Assembly (NCBI GenBank): GCA_964016885.1
Contig: OZ024747.1
Span: forward strand, 81,158,001-81,222,000
DNA from: Eledone cirrhosa
Taxonomy: Eukaryota
Length of the DNA stretch: 64,000 nucleotides
Direction: 5' to 3'
Made by a program: the position numbers and the translations under genes. This document shows, one piece after another, positions 1 through 14,439 of this stretch (positions within the stretch are counted from its first letter, which is position 1; each line of letters starts with the position of its first letter). Below the pieces are notes generated by a model. It had not been told where the DNA came from and did not search any database. It saw nothing but the letters and a program-made list of their open reading frames with translations.

Positions 1-96
1 ATATTTCAAGGGCAACCAAGACACCATTGGTGTGCTTTCATCAGATAAAATACAAAGTTTGTTTTATAAATACCCATGAAAATCATACATATATAT

Positions 97-552
<456 letters not shown>

Positions 553-1043
553 ATATATGTATATGTGTGTGCGTGTGTTTAGGCAAGCAGGGAAAAGCAG
601 TCGTAAAATGATGATGATGATGATATATGTATGTATATGTATATATATATATATACATGTGTTTGTGTATGTGTATTACTCACATACATGCACATGTGCA
701 TGTATATGTGTATGATTCAGCTAATTATATTTTCTAGAATGCGAATCGATGGTAGAATATTTCCTCAGATTTGAAATTACATCGGATGAAAAGGAAGGCA
801 ACCACCTTGGGGTAAAAATCTTATGAAGGTTCTATCCTCATTGTGACAGGTGTATCGTGTGTGTGTGTGTGTTGTGCGTTTGCTAGATTAAATTTGTTTT
901 TATTGTTGTTTGCTTTCTTTAATTATAGATATTCTTCTCCTCATCCCTCATAATAGTGTTTTTTTTTCTTCTTTTTGTTGCTCTTGGATACTAAGAGAAC
1001 ATAATGGTATTATATTCTATATTCACATCAAGATGCAATGCAA

Positions 1044-1083
<40 letters not shown>

Positions 1084-1173
1084 AAGAAGAAGAAGAAAAA
1101 GAAAAAGAAAAAGAAAAAGAAGAAGAAGAAGAAGAAGAAGAAGAAGAAGAAGAAGAAGAAGAAGAAGAAGAAG
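1044..1173. repeat. Compound (CTA)n-(GAA)n microsatellite
   Basis: Direct inspection. It explains the poly-L/poly-K ORF. Confidence 0.95.
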
Positions 1174-1754
1174 ATCGTTAATAAAAAAAAAGTATGGTTG
1201 CTCTTTTTCCATAGGAATACTAATAATAGCTCTAATAACAATATATTTTTTATAAAGACATAAGACCAAAAAACGTGTAGGATGTGGGTAGAGTTGATTA
1301 TCAACGACAGTATTAGAATATATTATTGACTTATGGAATGATAAAAGGCAAAGGTGACATCAGTGGGATTTGAACTCAAACTGTAAAGAACCATAATATA
1401 ACAATAGTAATGGTTTCTAATTAAAGTACAATGTCAGCATTTTTGTGGGAAGAAAGGAAAAAGTCAATAAAATACAATAAAATACTTTACTTATACTTTA
1501 TTCTATTTTACTCCAGAAGAATGAAAGTCAATGAAAGTCAAAGCTGACCTTGGTAAAATTTAATCTTGGAATGTAAAGAGAAATAATAGCAAAATTTATA
1601 AAAAATAAAATTATAAAAAAATATACAAATAAAATTACTTCTCCATTGACTTCGAGAATAGTCACATTAGCAACAAATAAGACATTGCATGTAGCAATGT
1701 TGATACTTTGGCAGTAGTAGTAGTAGCGTTTGTCATAGCAGTAGTTGTAATAAT

Positions 1755-1965
1755 AATTGTTTATGATTTTAGGCACAAGGCCAGCAATTTGAAGGGAAAA
1801 GAACAACTAAATGGATCTCAATGCATTACTGGTACTTTATTTTATTGACCCCGTAAGGATGAAAGGCAAAGCTAACCTCGGCTGGATTTGAACTGAGAAT
1901 GTAAAGGGTCATAACTCTTTGCTACGAAGCATGGTGTCCAACGCTGTACTGATACTACCAATCCA
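1755..1965 (-). mobile_element. tRNA-derived SINE, family B (AT-tailed)
   Basis: Shares ACTGGTACTTTATTTTAT(C/T)GACCCCGTAAGGATGAAAGGCAAAG...GGATTTGAACT with copies at 3.2-3.6, 21.8, 47.2 and 60.4 kb. More decayed copies lie near 1.3-1.6, 3.0 and 13.2 kb. Confidence 0.75.
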
Positions 1966-3149
1966 AATAATAGTAGTAATCAAAAGAGCAAGTATAATGC
2001 TGTTTGACTTTATATCGACATTGTTTCCTTACTCAAATAAAAAATATATATAATCATGCGATGGTAATTTATTTTTACACAAATAGGAAACTTTGAAATG
2101 GTGATGAGATGATAATGATGATGATGTTGTTGGTGGTGGTACTAATAACAAACAGTTTCTATTATGTGATATATTTTGGGAAGAGTGTGAACATTTCATT
2201 AAGAAGATTCAGATTAATATAAAGATCAAATATAACATTTTGCATTATTGATGCCACACTGTCACTCTATCAACTAACATGGCCATCTCACCTCACCACA
2301 TTCATTTACTTTCTTTGTTGCTACTGTTTTTCTACCCTTTGAGACAACATTGAACAAAAGATGATGGAAAGAGAAGAGGAAGGAGAATAAAGAAGGGAGA
2401 AATAAAAGTGAAAATAACAACAGGAAAAATAAAATGCAAAAGAAATAAGCAAGAACATGCAAATGATTAAATAAATATATGAATAAGTATATAAGATGAA
2501 AAAAGGAAAATTGGATTTTTTCCTGTCAGTGCTTATCTTTAATTCATCTGAAACTTGATATGATACAGGTGATTGCAAGTACATTGCTATTACATGGCAC
2601 CTATATGTTATTTCAGATATATTATAAATGTATCCACATAGTCTTCCTCTATTGTTAAAGAAAATTTTAAACCTAGGGGGATTTATAGATAATTCCAGGA
2701 AGGGAGGACATTCCATTTCAGAGAAATCCTACAAGTATGGAGGTACTGTCAACCACAGCTTTCTAAGATGTGTGCAAAGAAATTAAACTTTTCTGCATGC
2801 AACTCTTCAGTATCTTAATAATGCTGACTTGTGAAATTATTTTGAACAACTTATCAAAGTAAGGATAGATATGGATATAGATCCAGAATTTGAACATGAG
2901 TTATGAAGCACAGAAATAAATACTTGCAAGGTATTCCGTCCAATGTTCTAATGATACATTGAGATCATTTTTAGCATAGGCATAAAGCCAGAAACTGTGG
3001 GGAATGGTTGTCGATTAAATCTTTCCCAGTATCTGATTGATATTGTATTTTATCAACTGTGGATGCATGAAAGACAAAGTTGAGCTAAACAGAATTTGAA
3101 ATCATAATGTAATAACTCAGAACACATACACCCCTGCCCTAATAATTAA

Positions 3150-3351
3150 TTCTTACTTAGGTCAACAATTTGGGGGAAGGAAAGTCAATTAAATCAAACC
3201 CAGTACTTTAGTGGTACTTTATTTCATCGACCCCGTAAGGATGAAATGCAAAGTCAATCTCGGTGGGATTTGAACTCAGATCGTAAAGGGACGTAACTCT
3301 ATGCTTCAAAGCATGGCGTCCGACCCTCTACCGATACTGCCAATCCACCGC

Positions 3352-3389
<38 letters not shown>

Positions 3390-3577
3390 TGTTTCTACGT
3401 TAGGCACAAGGCCAGCAATCACCCAGTGCATTACTGGTACTTTATTTTATCGACCCCGTAAGGATGAAAGGCAAAGTTAACCTTGGCGGGATTTGAACTC
3501 AGAATGGCAAGGGCCGTAACTCTATACGTCAAAGCATGGCGTCCGACCCTCTACCAATACTGCCAATCCACCGCCCC
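3150..3577 (-). mobile_element. Two tandem family-B SINE copies separated by (TAA)n
   Basis: Copies at about 3150-3351 and 3388-3577. The minus strand of the second reads GGCGGTGGATTGGCAGTATTGGTAG...GAGTTCAAATCC (B box)...TTTGCCTTTCATCCTTACGGGGTCGATAAAATAAAGTACCAG. Confidence 0.85.
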
Positions 3578-3606
3578 CCTATATAATAATAATAATAATA
3601 ATAATA

Positions 3607-4569
3607 TAGAGGACTGTGTTCAGATGGAGAAAAACAACCTGCACAAATACGTGACTGACAGTAGGGAGCCAATGCTCAAAATTGTACTGAAGGAGAAGAC
3701 AATAGACCAGGGAATGTCCAAGGAGGAAATAACAACAAAGAGGAAGAGCAACCTTCATGAAAAATCCCTTCATAGTACCTTCTTTAAGAAAACTGAATTT
3801 AGAGATCCACAGACATGGAACTGGTTAAAAAGAGGAGACCTTAAAAAAGCTACAGAAGGAATGCTAATGGCTGCGCAAGAGCAGGCTCTCAGAATGAAGT
3901 GGGTGAAACACCATATTTACAAAGCGGAGGCTAACCCACTGTAGGATCTGTGGAGAGAGAGAGGAGACTGTGGCTAACATTGTATCCGAGTGTAAACACC
4001 TAGTCCAGACTCACTATAAAGGCTGGAGACATGATGTGATAAGCAGGGTGATCCACTGGCATCTATGCAAAGTAAACAATTTACCACATTCTGAGAAGTG
4101 GTATGAGCATAAGTCAGAGTCGGTGATAGAAAATGATCAGGTGAAGGTGCTATGGGATTTTAGGATACAGACGGACAAGAAATTAGAACAAAATAGGCCT
4201 GACCTGGTGGTTCTGGACAAGAAAAAAAGATCGTGCCTGATTGTAGATGTAGCCTGCCTATTTGACACGAGAGTGCAAGAAAAGGTGAGGGAGAAAATTA
4301 ACCGATACCAGGACTTAAAGTGGGAGTTAAAAAGGATTTGGAACTGCAAGCAATCAAGGTCGTCCTGATTGTCATAGGCGGATGGTTAAAGAAGATTAGT
4401 CCAGCCCCACTTTTTGGAACACTTCAAAAGGCATGCTTGCTGGGAACAGCAAGAACCCGCCGATACGTCCTGAATATCTGAGGCTGCAGGTAGCGGCTTG
4501 ATATTCATTTCAACAAACTTTCCAGTTAAATAACATCAATGACTGAGACTCAAAGAACAATAATAATAA
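3607..4569 (+). mobile_element. 5'-truncated R4/Dong-like non-LTR retrotransposon (restriction-like endonuclease end), pseudogenised
   Basis: Translation gives WLKRGDLK..TEG.L.AAQEQAL, a decayed zinc knuckle (..IC...NIVSEC...RHD), and VLWDFRIQTD...RPDLVVLD...IVDVAC (PD-D/ExK). The stop is at 4479-4481. (TAA)n flanks both sides. Confidence 0.85.
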
Positions 4570-4570
4570 G

Positions 4571-4865
4571 ATGAAAATGGTCGCCATTCATGAAGGGAGG
4601 AAGAGGTTGCATTTAGTTACAAAGGAAAGTAGAAAGTTTGCAGAAGAACTGGGAATACAGTTTCAAAATAATGGTGATTCTACAATTAAAGCTGTGAAGA
4701 ATATCAAAGTGATGGCAAAATATGAAGACCAACAGAGACTGTGCACTAAATAGAAGCAAAAACCACTGCATGGGCAGTAAGTTATCCATAGCAAAGAACC
4801 TGATGTAGATCAACCTCTCACCCATCAGTGGCTGTAGAGTTCTGGGCTAAAGGCAGAGAGTGAGT
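4571..4865 (+). pseudogene. Fragment of a second R4/Dong-like element
   Basis: *KQKPLHGQ*...VDQPLTHQWL*SSGLKAESE resembles the K.LHG...WL..G.LK..TEG region of the upstream element. It has internal stops. Confidence 0.6.
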
Positions 4866-6511
4866 ACTTCATTTTGTTTGAATAAGACCTATCTCTTTCA
4901 ATGCACAAATTTCAAGCCAAAGTTCTGTGCCTTCACAATAATGATAATAATTATAACAATTTCTCTGATATTGAGAGAAGAATATGAGTTTGGAAAAGAA
5001 ATGGTAGAACCAATTGAATCAATACCACTATGGTTACTGATATTTATATTTTATTAATCCTAGTTTGACTTGAACTGAAAACATCTGAGTTTAAAACTAG
5101 ACACCACAATAAATTTTGTCTGGTGCTCAACTATTATCATTCCCCTGTCCATTCTCCACCATAACCCCTCCAAAAAATATTAATGATTATTATGATCATG
5201 TTGATGATGATGATTATTGAGTGGATGTTTTTTTTACATAATACTGTAATGCACTTAATGTTGCTTTAACATCTGTGTACTATATATATTATCTGAATAA
5301 AAGAAAAGACCACACAGTCTTCACAGAAATTGACTGCCATCAGCTAATTAGTCCATCAAATTATAAACTAAAGTTTAATTACATTCTTACCTCCTTCTTC
5401 TCTTTCTCCCCTGTCTCATCTTCGATTCTTTGTTCTTTCTTTCCAGTTTTACTTTTTCCTCCTCTGTCATTCATCTACATAAATCCCCTTCCCCATTTCA
5501 TCTCTCTTTTCCTTACTTATCAACCATCTGGTCTTCTTCACTACACCACATTTCTGATATACCCCCCCCCCCCCCCCCATCTCTTGCTTCTTCTTACCAT
5601 ACCATCAGAGAGACAAGGTCTGGAGGAAAGATTTTTGTCAATTCCCTCAATGGTAAGGTAAAAATCAAATTTTATAAGATTAATTAAGCACAGAACACCT
5701 AATTACTAAAGCATGTTAAGAAGTGTACAAGGGAAGAAAACAGAAAGAAAGAAAGAATAGTTACACAAGATAAAGAAAACAAAAAATAAAGAAGAGAAAT
5801 CTAACTACAAAACAGAAAACTACATAATACAAAATCTACCACTGTTATATTGATTCTCTTGTATTTTGTGTGGCAAATTCACTTTTTCAATTAGTTTCAG
5901 TATAAACTGATTTTGATAGTTTGTCTATGAAGGAGAATTCTTGTACCTTTTTAAGGCAACTGAGAAAGGTATCAAAAATGACCCTGCATAAGCAGTTAAA
6001 CAACCTTCTAAAAAAAGTTGAGGTTGTAAGCCATGAGTGTTAGTGCATACTATATCCTGGGAAAGATAATAATTTATGTCAAAGGAATATGTTAGTTATA
6101 GAGCAGATAAGGAAAGAGAGAAAGAGATAGGGGAGACAGAGAAAGATGATGAGTGGTGGTGTGATAAAGTACTGAATGAACTGTAATTTAAAACTACCAA
6201 TTCTGGTGGTGTACAATATTGAGTTAAACTTGCCTCACATGAGAATACATAATTTGGAAGAAGAAGAGAGTGATGAAAGAAAGAAAAGAGATATATTATG
6301 AACATTGATAATCAATGTTGAGATATGATTGTGTAACTAAAGACGTGTGATAGTATGAGAAGTATTGTAACAGTGATTGATATAGCAGTGACTGCAGAGG
6401 TGAATTTAGGACTGCAGTGGAGGGATTGAACTATATAAATGTTATATATATATATAAAATATTTATATAGTTCTATCCCCAAGTGCAGCCCTAAATATAC
6501 ATATATTATAT

Positions 6512-6722
6512 ATGAGGTTAGCTGAACATGCTCACCGACATCCAGAGTTAACACTGCACTCAGTGCTCCTGTGGGAGCCCCTACATGGACACACTGGAAG
6601 AGGGAGACCGAGGTTGACATATGTTGATGCCCTAAGGGCAGACACTGGTCTCTTGGAGACGCAGGGCATGGCAGTGATGATGAGGGACAGAGACCGCTGG
6701 AGAGAACTCGTCCATGGATCTC
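6512..6722 (+). mobile_element. 3' fragment of an RTE/RTEX-like LINE
   Basis: RLAEHAHRHPE...LLWEP.HG...RGRPRLTYVD...M.DRDRWR is a typical RTE-group C-terminus. It sits in TA repeats and belongs to the same family as 43590-43943. Confidence 0.8.
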
Positions 6723-6897
6723 TCTATATATATATATAGGGATTGTAACATCCAGTTACAGTAGTCCTGGGTTCAATTGAGCTTTCCTGATGATTTCGTT
6801 TGAATGAAACAATTCTAGTCCTGCAGAAGCCATTTCTATATTAAACATGGTATATATATATATATATATATATAAATAAAGAAAAGAGATATATTAT

Positions 6898-6972
<75 letters not shown>

Positions 6973-7090
6973 ATAATAATAAATTTGAAGACTAAAATCC
7001 AAATCTGTTATTTTAATAAATATAAATATATATTAAAATAACAGATTAAAGTTTAAGCAAAGAATCGCTGCTTATATATATATATATATA

Positions 7091-7889
7091 TCATCATCAT
7101 CATCATCGTTTAACGTCCATCTTCCACGCTTGCATGGCTTTGGACGGGAGTTTTCCCACTTGAGGCAAGAGTGGTTGTCTTGCTCGCATAGGACTGTCTG
7201 GCAGGTTTTCTACGGCTAGATGCCCTTCCTAACACCAACCACATTTACAGTGTGGACTGGGAGGTTTTTACCGTGTTACCGACACGGCCACATTACAGCG
7301 TGGACTGTGTGTTTTTTTATCGTGACACCTACACGACCTCATTTGTTTCGGACTGGATGTTGTGGTACCAACATAACTTTACATTGAAAGGGGTGGTATG
7401 GATGGGGTGGGGGTAGTGGGACGGGGTGTATTTTTGTTAGAGGTGCCTACTGACTGTAGTAGGTTTCACTTTGTACTTAGGTAAGCCGGGTCTTCTCTAT
7501 TACTGTGTAGCGCCAAAGATCTCGGTCCAGTGACATTGTCTTGGAGGGGTGTGAGTGTGTGAGGTCGGAATTTATCAAGTCGTCCCAGGTTTTTCTGGGT
7601 CTGCCTACTCCGTGGCTACCGTCTATTTTAATTGCCCTGCACTTTTTTATACAGATGTCGTCTTTCATGCGCATCACATGACTATACCAACGTAGTCTTC
7701 TCTCGAGTAATCAAGATCTGATCCTCTTATTCCTAATTTCTCCCTTAGTTCGTTTATGCTTTGCCGTTCACGTATATTACTATTACACATCCAGCGGAGC
7801 ATGCAAGCTTTGCTCCTCTCCAGTCTGCGTATATCCTCTGCACACAATACCCAGGTCTCACTGCCATGTAACATTGCTGTTCATATGCA
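7091..7889 (-). mobile_element. 5'-truncated copy of the PHD-RTE family
   Basis: Reverse complement of the region around 42770-43580 (MLHGSETW...VIEKTRLT*, 3' UTR, (GAT)n tail). It has indels. Confidence 0.95.
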
Positions 7890-9992
7890 ATACAATTTCT
7901 ATTTATCTATCTTCACTCACAAAGCTGGGATCAACCTGAGGTTATGGTAGATACCATACCACTGGATCAAATCTGACTTCATGACTGGGAATTGAACTTC
8001 TTAGCTATTCAGTCATTCATGCATCAAACTAAATCTCCCTAAATTCTTGATTATTTTCAAAATTATCTGAAAATTATGAGTAGTGTGTTTCATTAGAAAT
8101 ATGTTAATGAAGTGTTTAAAGAAGTCTATGCATATACGAATAATATGCACATTCATTCACATGTTGTATATATACACACATATATGTATATATAAATATA
8201 TGTGTGTGTTTGTGAGCATACATTTAAGTATACATGTGTATAAATGATACATGTGAATATGTATGTTTAGGTTTCTGTGTACACACACACATAAACACAC
8301 AAACTTAATATATATATATCTGTTGGCCAAGATATCAAGTGTGTGTTACTGCAATTTATCCTGATACAGCAACAGTATCATGTTTGAGGAATAAAAGAAT
8401 TAGAAATACAATAGTTGAAGTTTTGTTTCATCTTTCCTTCTCCGGATTAGAGTTCTGTCATTTGAGTTTGGCACATCTCAAAAGAATCTCAAAAGCTCAA
8501 AAATATTGTAGAAAAAAAAATATTACTCCTTTCCATTCCACCAGAAACAAGAAAATAATCCTTGGAAATGCAGTTTGACATGACTGAATTTAAAATCTGA
8601 TGCTGCTGATGCTTATTTTTTCTATGTTCTTTTACAGCTTTTTTTAAATTTTCATTTTTTAACATATTTTCTAATCCTAGGCGATATCATCAAACAGTTT
8701 CAATATGGTATGTTTATGTCTATCATGCAATACTATCTGCAATATAAGAATGTGCTCTCACTGTATCTATATGAGATAGTAACTTGTATATTAGGCTGTA
8801 TTCATTAATTATTGTAACTTAATGTTTGAATGTATAGAAGTATATATTTGAATATATATCAAGACACATGAGATATTGTCTGAGTATGTAGTGGGGACAT
8901 ATATGCAATTATATGTCTTAATATCTCTCTACAAATATTAAATGTAAATTGATATGGTTTTATGTGAATGAATTTGCACTTTTGATTGTGTATATATAAA
9001 AACAATAGTTCATATATTTCATAGAAGAGTCAGAACAATGTTCATATGATTCTTTATCCAGCAATTATTGACTAGACTATTGATGTAGCTGTATGAGCAT
9101 TTTAGGCCTATGTTCAATCTTAACTGTTTCAAGTTAGGCATTTAAGAATAGAGATATGCAGAGACATTTAGTTCTGGGAAAGAGAAATGATCAATATGTT
9201 TAGTAGAGATGTCTGGGAAATGGTACACTATAGGGGTACTGGGTAAAGCAGGCTTGTACAAAGCTAGTAATAAGTCAAGGATAGATATGAAATATAGGCA
9301 CCATTTCAAAATGCTCAATTAATATCTTACTAATAAGTATCAAATATATATGATGTGTGGGTTAAGGGCCCATATATGTACATTTAGTGTGCATGGTGTA
9401 CTTACAAATAGCAGAACAGAATAAAAGATTAGGAGTTCGTAAAGGATAGAACCATGCCATTTGGATTATCTGCCCCATCTGTCCTTCTCTAGCTTGACTT
9501 ACATAAAACCAGAAGTAAAGACATGAAGCTGGCTTAGGGAGAATGATACTGTAACAGATAGATTCAAAACAAAGCATCTCGCTATAGTTGATGTGCTAGT
9601 ATGTTTATCAGAAACAAGATCCAGAAAGATTCCATGTCATTCTGAAGCAGTTAAATGTTATTACTAAATATCTAGTCTGTTTGATATCTTGGGCTAAGAG
9701 TTGTACAACTGTCTACTATCTTAAATACACAGGAATCTATAAAAGCATGGTTAAACTTGTTAGCATAAAATATCAATATAAATAATTTCCACTTTTGAGC
9801 TGAACAACCACACGTGTGTGTATGTGTGTTCATTTATTTCCAAAGCTGAGGCTTCAATCTGGCAAAAAAATCTTTTGAGTAGATAGAGAGTTATGCCTCC
9901 ATTTTAAGTTAAAGAATATACTATCCCTACATGCAATACAAGTTTTTAGTTTTTCTTTTATTTACAAATCCAAACACACATGAATGTGTACA

Positions 9993-10010
9993 CATCTCTC
10001 TCTCTCTCTC

Positions 10011-10092
<82 letters not shown>

Positions 10093-10112
10093 GTGTGTGT
10101 GTGTGTGTGAGA
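9993..10112. repeat. (CT)n-(GT)n microsatellite
   Basis: Direct inspection. Confidence 0.95.
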
Positions 10113-10624
10113 GTGTGCATGTGTGTATTCCAGAGGTTTCAAACATTGTTACTAAAAGTACAAATTTCTATTGCACATGCCTAAAAGGAAAACTGTCTTT
10201 AATCTTATCAGTAATATCTGTTTAGCTTCCTATAATTATATGACACCTTAATAAAGGGGATCTACACACCTCACACCTTAGCACAGCCACAACACTATGA
10301 TAAAGCGCAGAGAAACTCTCACAGCATATTTATCTATGGGGAAATAAAAATGCATCTACAATAACAAGAAAGCCTGCATGAAAAATTGACTGATGGAATG
10401 ATGCACCTGAGATAATGAGGAGGGAAATTATTTATTTACAGGTGTTCACATGGATATTTTACTCAGTTATGTTATAAAATATTAAAGAAAAAAATGTGTG
10501 TGTGTGGTAATAGTGATGATTGTAGTTGTGATTGTTATGAAAAAAGTGATGGTAAATATGGATTTTGTTGTAAAGGTAATGGTGAGGTGATAGGTTTTGC
10601 TGAGATGAGGGTTTTCATACCTTG

Positions 10625-11565
10625 GTAATAGTGGCTGCTGTAGTGGTGGCGATGGTGATAGTGGTAATTGTAGTGGTGGAGATGGTGATGGTTGCTGTTG
10701 TAGTGGTGCTGATGGTGATTGTGGCTGTTGTCGTGGTGGTGATGGTGGCTGTTGTAGTGTTGTAGTGATGGTGATAGTGGTAGTTGTAGTGGTGGCGATG
10801 GTGATAGTGGCTGTTGTAGTGGTGGTGCTGGTGACAGTGGTAATTGTAGTGGTGGCGATGGTGACAGTGGTAGTTGTAGTGGAGGTGATAGTGACAGTGG
10901 TGGTGCTGATGACAGTGGTAATTGTAGTGGTGGCGATGGTGACAGTGGTAGTTGTAGTGGAGGTGATAGTGACAGTGGTGGTGATGGTGACAGTGGTAAT
11001 TGTAGTGGTGGCGATGGTGACAGTGGTAGTTGTAGTGGAGGTGATAGTGACAGTGGTGGTGATGGTGACAGTGGTAATTGTAGTGGTGGCGATGGTGACA
11101 GTGGTAGTTGTAGTGATGGTGATATTGATAGTGGTGGTGATGGTGACAGTGGTAGTTGTAGTGGGGGGCGATGGTGACAGTGGTAGTTGTAGTGGTGGTG
11201 ATATTGATAGTGGTGGTGATGGTGACAGTGGTAGTTGTAGTGGTGGTGATGGTGACAGTGGTAGTTCTAGTGGTGGCGATGGTAATGGGGGCTGTTGTAG
11301 TGGTGGTGATGGTGATGGTGGCTGTTGTAGTGGTGGTGATGGTGAAGGTGTCTGTTGTAGTGGTGGTGATGGTGGCTGTTGTAGTGGTGGTGATGGTGAT
11401 GGTTGCTGTTGTAGTGGTGGTGATGGTGAAGGTGTCTGTTGTAGTGGTGGTGATGGTGATGGTTGCTGTTGTAGTGGTGGTGATGGTGAAGGTGTCTGTT
11501 GTAGTGGTGGTGATGGTGGCTGTTGTAGTGGTGGTGGTGGTGATGTTGATAGTGGTAGTTGTAGC
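10625..11565. repeat. Trinucleotide-derived G/T-rich minisatellite (about 24-30 bp units with about 78-bp and 60-bp higher-order repeats)
   Basis: Repeats of TGTAGTGGTGGTGATGGTGACAGTGGTAGT-like units. ORFs in several frames are low-complexity only. Confidence 0.9.
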
Positions 11566-13657
11566 ATTAGTATGGTTAATGTTTGATGTTTATTGCATTA
11601 ATACTTTTATTGGTGTTGATATTGTTACTAGCATTGCTTTAGTTGTTGTTTAGCCATAGGTCTATCCAGATTGAGCAGGCTATGATCAAATATGTTCCTG
11701 TCATGATCATGTCATTCTTGTTTTCAAGAACACCGTATCGTTGAGTATATTATCATATGGGACTCGATGTTAAGATGGTAGTACGTGCTTGCAACTAGTG
11801 CTAGGGTTGTTGGTGTTAGTACATTTGGTGTTTTTGCTAATGTTATATTGTCTAATGCCTCATTGCCATTTGTCTTATTATTGTTTATAGTGTAATGATA
11901 TATCTCAAAAAATAAGGAATTCATTTTTTAAAGGTTTTTCTATGACATCTGGAGGTTCAATTATCATTTCTATCACTGTTGCTATCAATGTTGATATCTT
12001 TGGAGGTATTCAGTATTTTGTTATCATTAATACTATGCGTGTTGCTGCTGGGTAATCACTCTACTCTAGTAGAAATATAAGGCAAAGGTAACCACTAAAC
12101 TGCTGTGGAAAGAACTCCAATTCTAGCATGCCAATTAGCATGCCAATAATAGTGTGCTGCTACATGCTCTATCATTGAAAATTTGATTGTATGTAATTTA
12201 GTGTGTTATGTGACTTTATGCAGTGAATTTGTCTGGTTATATTCAAGATAATTTGCTGAGCCACCAGTTTTTACATATATAAACGATATTAATTTGGCTG
12301 CTGCTGTTGTTGGTAAAGAGGTTTTGAGTGTCATACAGATAGTTAAATACATTTTAATTATCATATTGTCAGTTAGGAAAAGTAATTTTAGTAGAAATTC
12401 CAAACTAATATATTCTTTCTCATGTAATCTGTAAATGACATCACGATACCCGATTAACTCTCACACCATATCTCGACTTCAACCAAGTTATTTTCTCTGA
12501 AACTTTTATAATTTCTTTTTTGTCAAATGGAAGTCTAGACTAATATATCTTCTCCCAAACATTTATTAAGAGGAATTAGGAACTAGCACATAAATAATTC
12601 TCACACGATACCTTGACATCACCATTAAAACTTCTGAAAAAAACTTTCTTTAAAATTACTTTCAATTTTCTTTGAAATATTTATGAATTTATTTTCAGTA
12701 GAAATATGTTTTTGTACATCTATTTTTTAATGTTGATATGGGTTGGGTTTAGTTGCTTGACAAATTTAAAGACTTTAGAGGACACTTACAAAATGAAAGA
12801 TATATAATTTGAAAATATGATGTATGTATATGTGTTGATCATTTTATTCCATTGTTATATACAGTGATGCATGGGTATGTATTATTCCAAATTAAGAATT
12901 ATGAATTGGTGAGTGGAGCTTATTTCAAGAATATAACAGCAATAATAGTACTAGAACCAATAACATTATACATATACTGTTGTTGATTCAACTTATGCAT
13001 GCATAGGCCTAACTAGTCTCCCATGTAATTACTTCTCATAAGAGGTTTCTTGAGTAGTTTAATAATAGGATCCCTAATCCTATCATGTCACAATTCTTTC
13101 TAGTAACAGAAAATGTGAGTTGAACTTAAAGCAAACAGAGCCAAAACAGCTAACACAAAGCATATCCTCTGATGTACTAATAATTCCAGTAGTCCACCAC
13201 GCTACATAGGTACTTTATTTATTGATCCATTGAATTATGAAAGGCAAATTTGACCATTGCAGAATTTGAGCTCAGAGTGTGGAAAAAAAACAACAATATC
13301 AGGCAAGGCATTTAATAAGAAACTAACTTATCTGCCAATTTGCTGTCTTATAGAAAGTAAATTGTCGGCCAGACATTTTTATTAAAAGTGCTAGATAAAT
13401 AACATGACTTGAATTGAGAAGTAAATTTAGATTAGAGTTTGCTAACACCTTTTCAAAAGCAAGCTATATAAATAAAAGGCAATGTAGTGACTCCTTGGAT
13501 AATAATTATGCATCTGAAATTCATTTATCTCATGTACATATTTGACTTTTCATAATTAGAGTTGGGAGTGATATAGTCATTCAATAGCTTGAAATTTCAT
13601 GACTAAATACATGTGTAGTTATAAAAGTTATCCTGCTGCTTTGCTCTTCACAATTAA

Positions 13658-13899
13658 TCTTTTCAATACTCACCTGCCTAAAACTACCTCTGGCTCGGTG
13701 ATAAAACAGTCCATGAAAACACTGTTCATATATAAATTAAAACCACCTTCCATCATAATTTTATTTAAGAATTTTGTCATATTCCTAACACCAACTTGAT
13801 GAAAACGTTATTTTATTAAAACCTTCCAAATTCTTGACTTTTTCAAGATTAATTGAAATGCATTCAATGTATTTCATAATAAATATAGTCATGAAAGAG
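13658..13899. mobile_element. Decayed TTAA-flanked MITE
   Basis: TTAA-TCTTTTC...GAAAGAG-TTAA ends. The interior resembles the reverse complement of 14150-14439 and the sequence at about 55040-55285. Confidence 0.45.
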
Positions 13900-14030
13900 T
13901 TAAATGTATGTGTGAAATAGTCTCATCATTTCTTGGCTCTTTATGATTACAGACATGTAAGATATAGAGTCAGTTGTTTAACTTTTTATGCCTAAATGAA
14001 TGTGTGATATTGAGTCAACAAATTGCTTAA

Positions 14031-14439
14031 CCCTTTAGCATTCACATTACTCTACATATACTATTATATTTTCATGATAAAGGCTTTACCTCACATATCT
14101 CACATGATATCGAACCTATGAGATTTTGAAAGTATTTATTTTGAGAACAATACCTTAATAACCCTTTCATAAATATATTTTTAATGAAATACACCAACCA
14201 TGTTTTTCAATTAATATTGTAAATGATAATCATTTTTTAAGGATTTAGTATTATAAAATAACTAACCATATTATTAAGCTGGACTAGTACTAGTACATAC
14301 ATTAACAAACTATTCTTACATTATTTCTATTTAAATAGAAATACTTTAAAGCATTATTTCTATTTAAATAGAAATACTTTAAAATGAGGCTCGTCATCAT
14401 AGAATTGGAGTGGTTTTGGCTGAGTTGGTATCAAATGGG
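14031..14439. mobile_element. piggyBac-like MITE (TTAA target site duplication)
   Basis: TTAA|CCCTTTAGCATT...CAAATGGG|TTAA. The left 100 bp is the reverse complement of the right end of the 60160-60380 element. Confidence 0.65.

Noticed and set aside
725-825. Possible host exon after TTTTTCTAG (CESMVEYFLRFEITSDEKEGNHLG)
   Set aside because: No recognisable homology and no partner exons.
6781-6830. Hammerhead (CTGATGA...GAAAC...GTC)
   Set aside because: The stem II closing pair and stem I do not form. At best it is a decayed relic.
10482-11653. Mucin/extensin-like or Gly-Cys-rich protein
   Set aside because: ORFs are open in several frames on both strands because of trinucleotide-based repeats, and there is no unique coding context.
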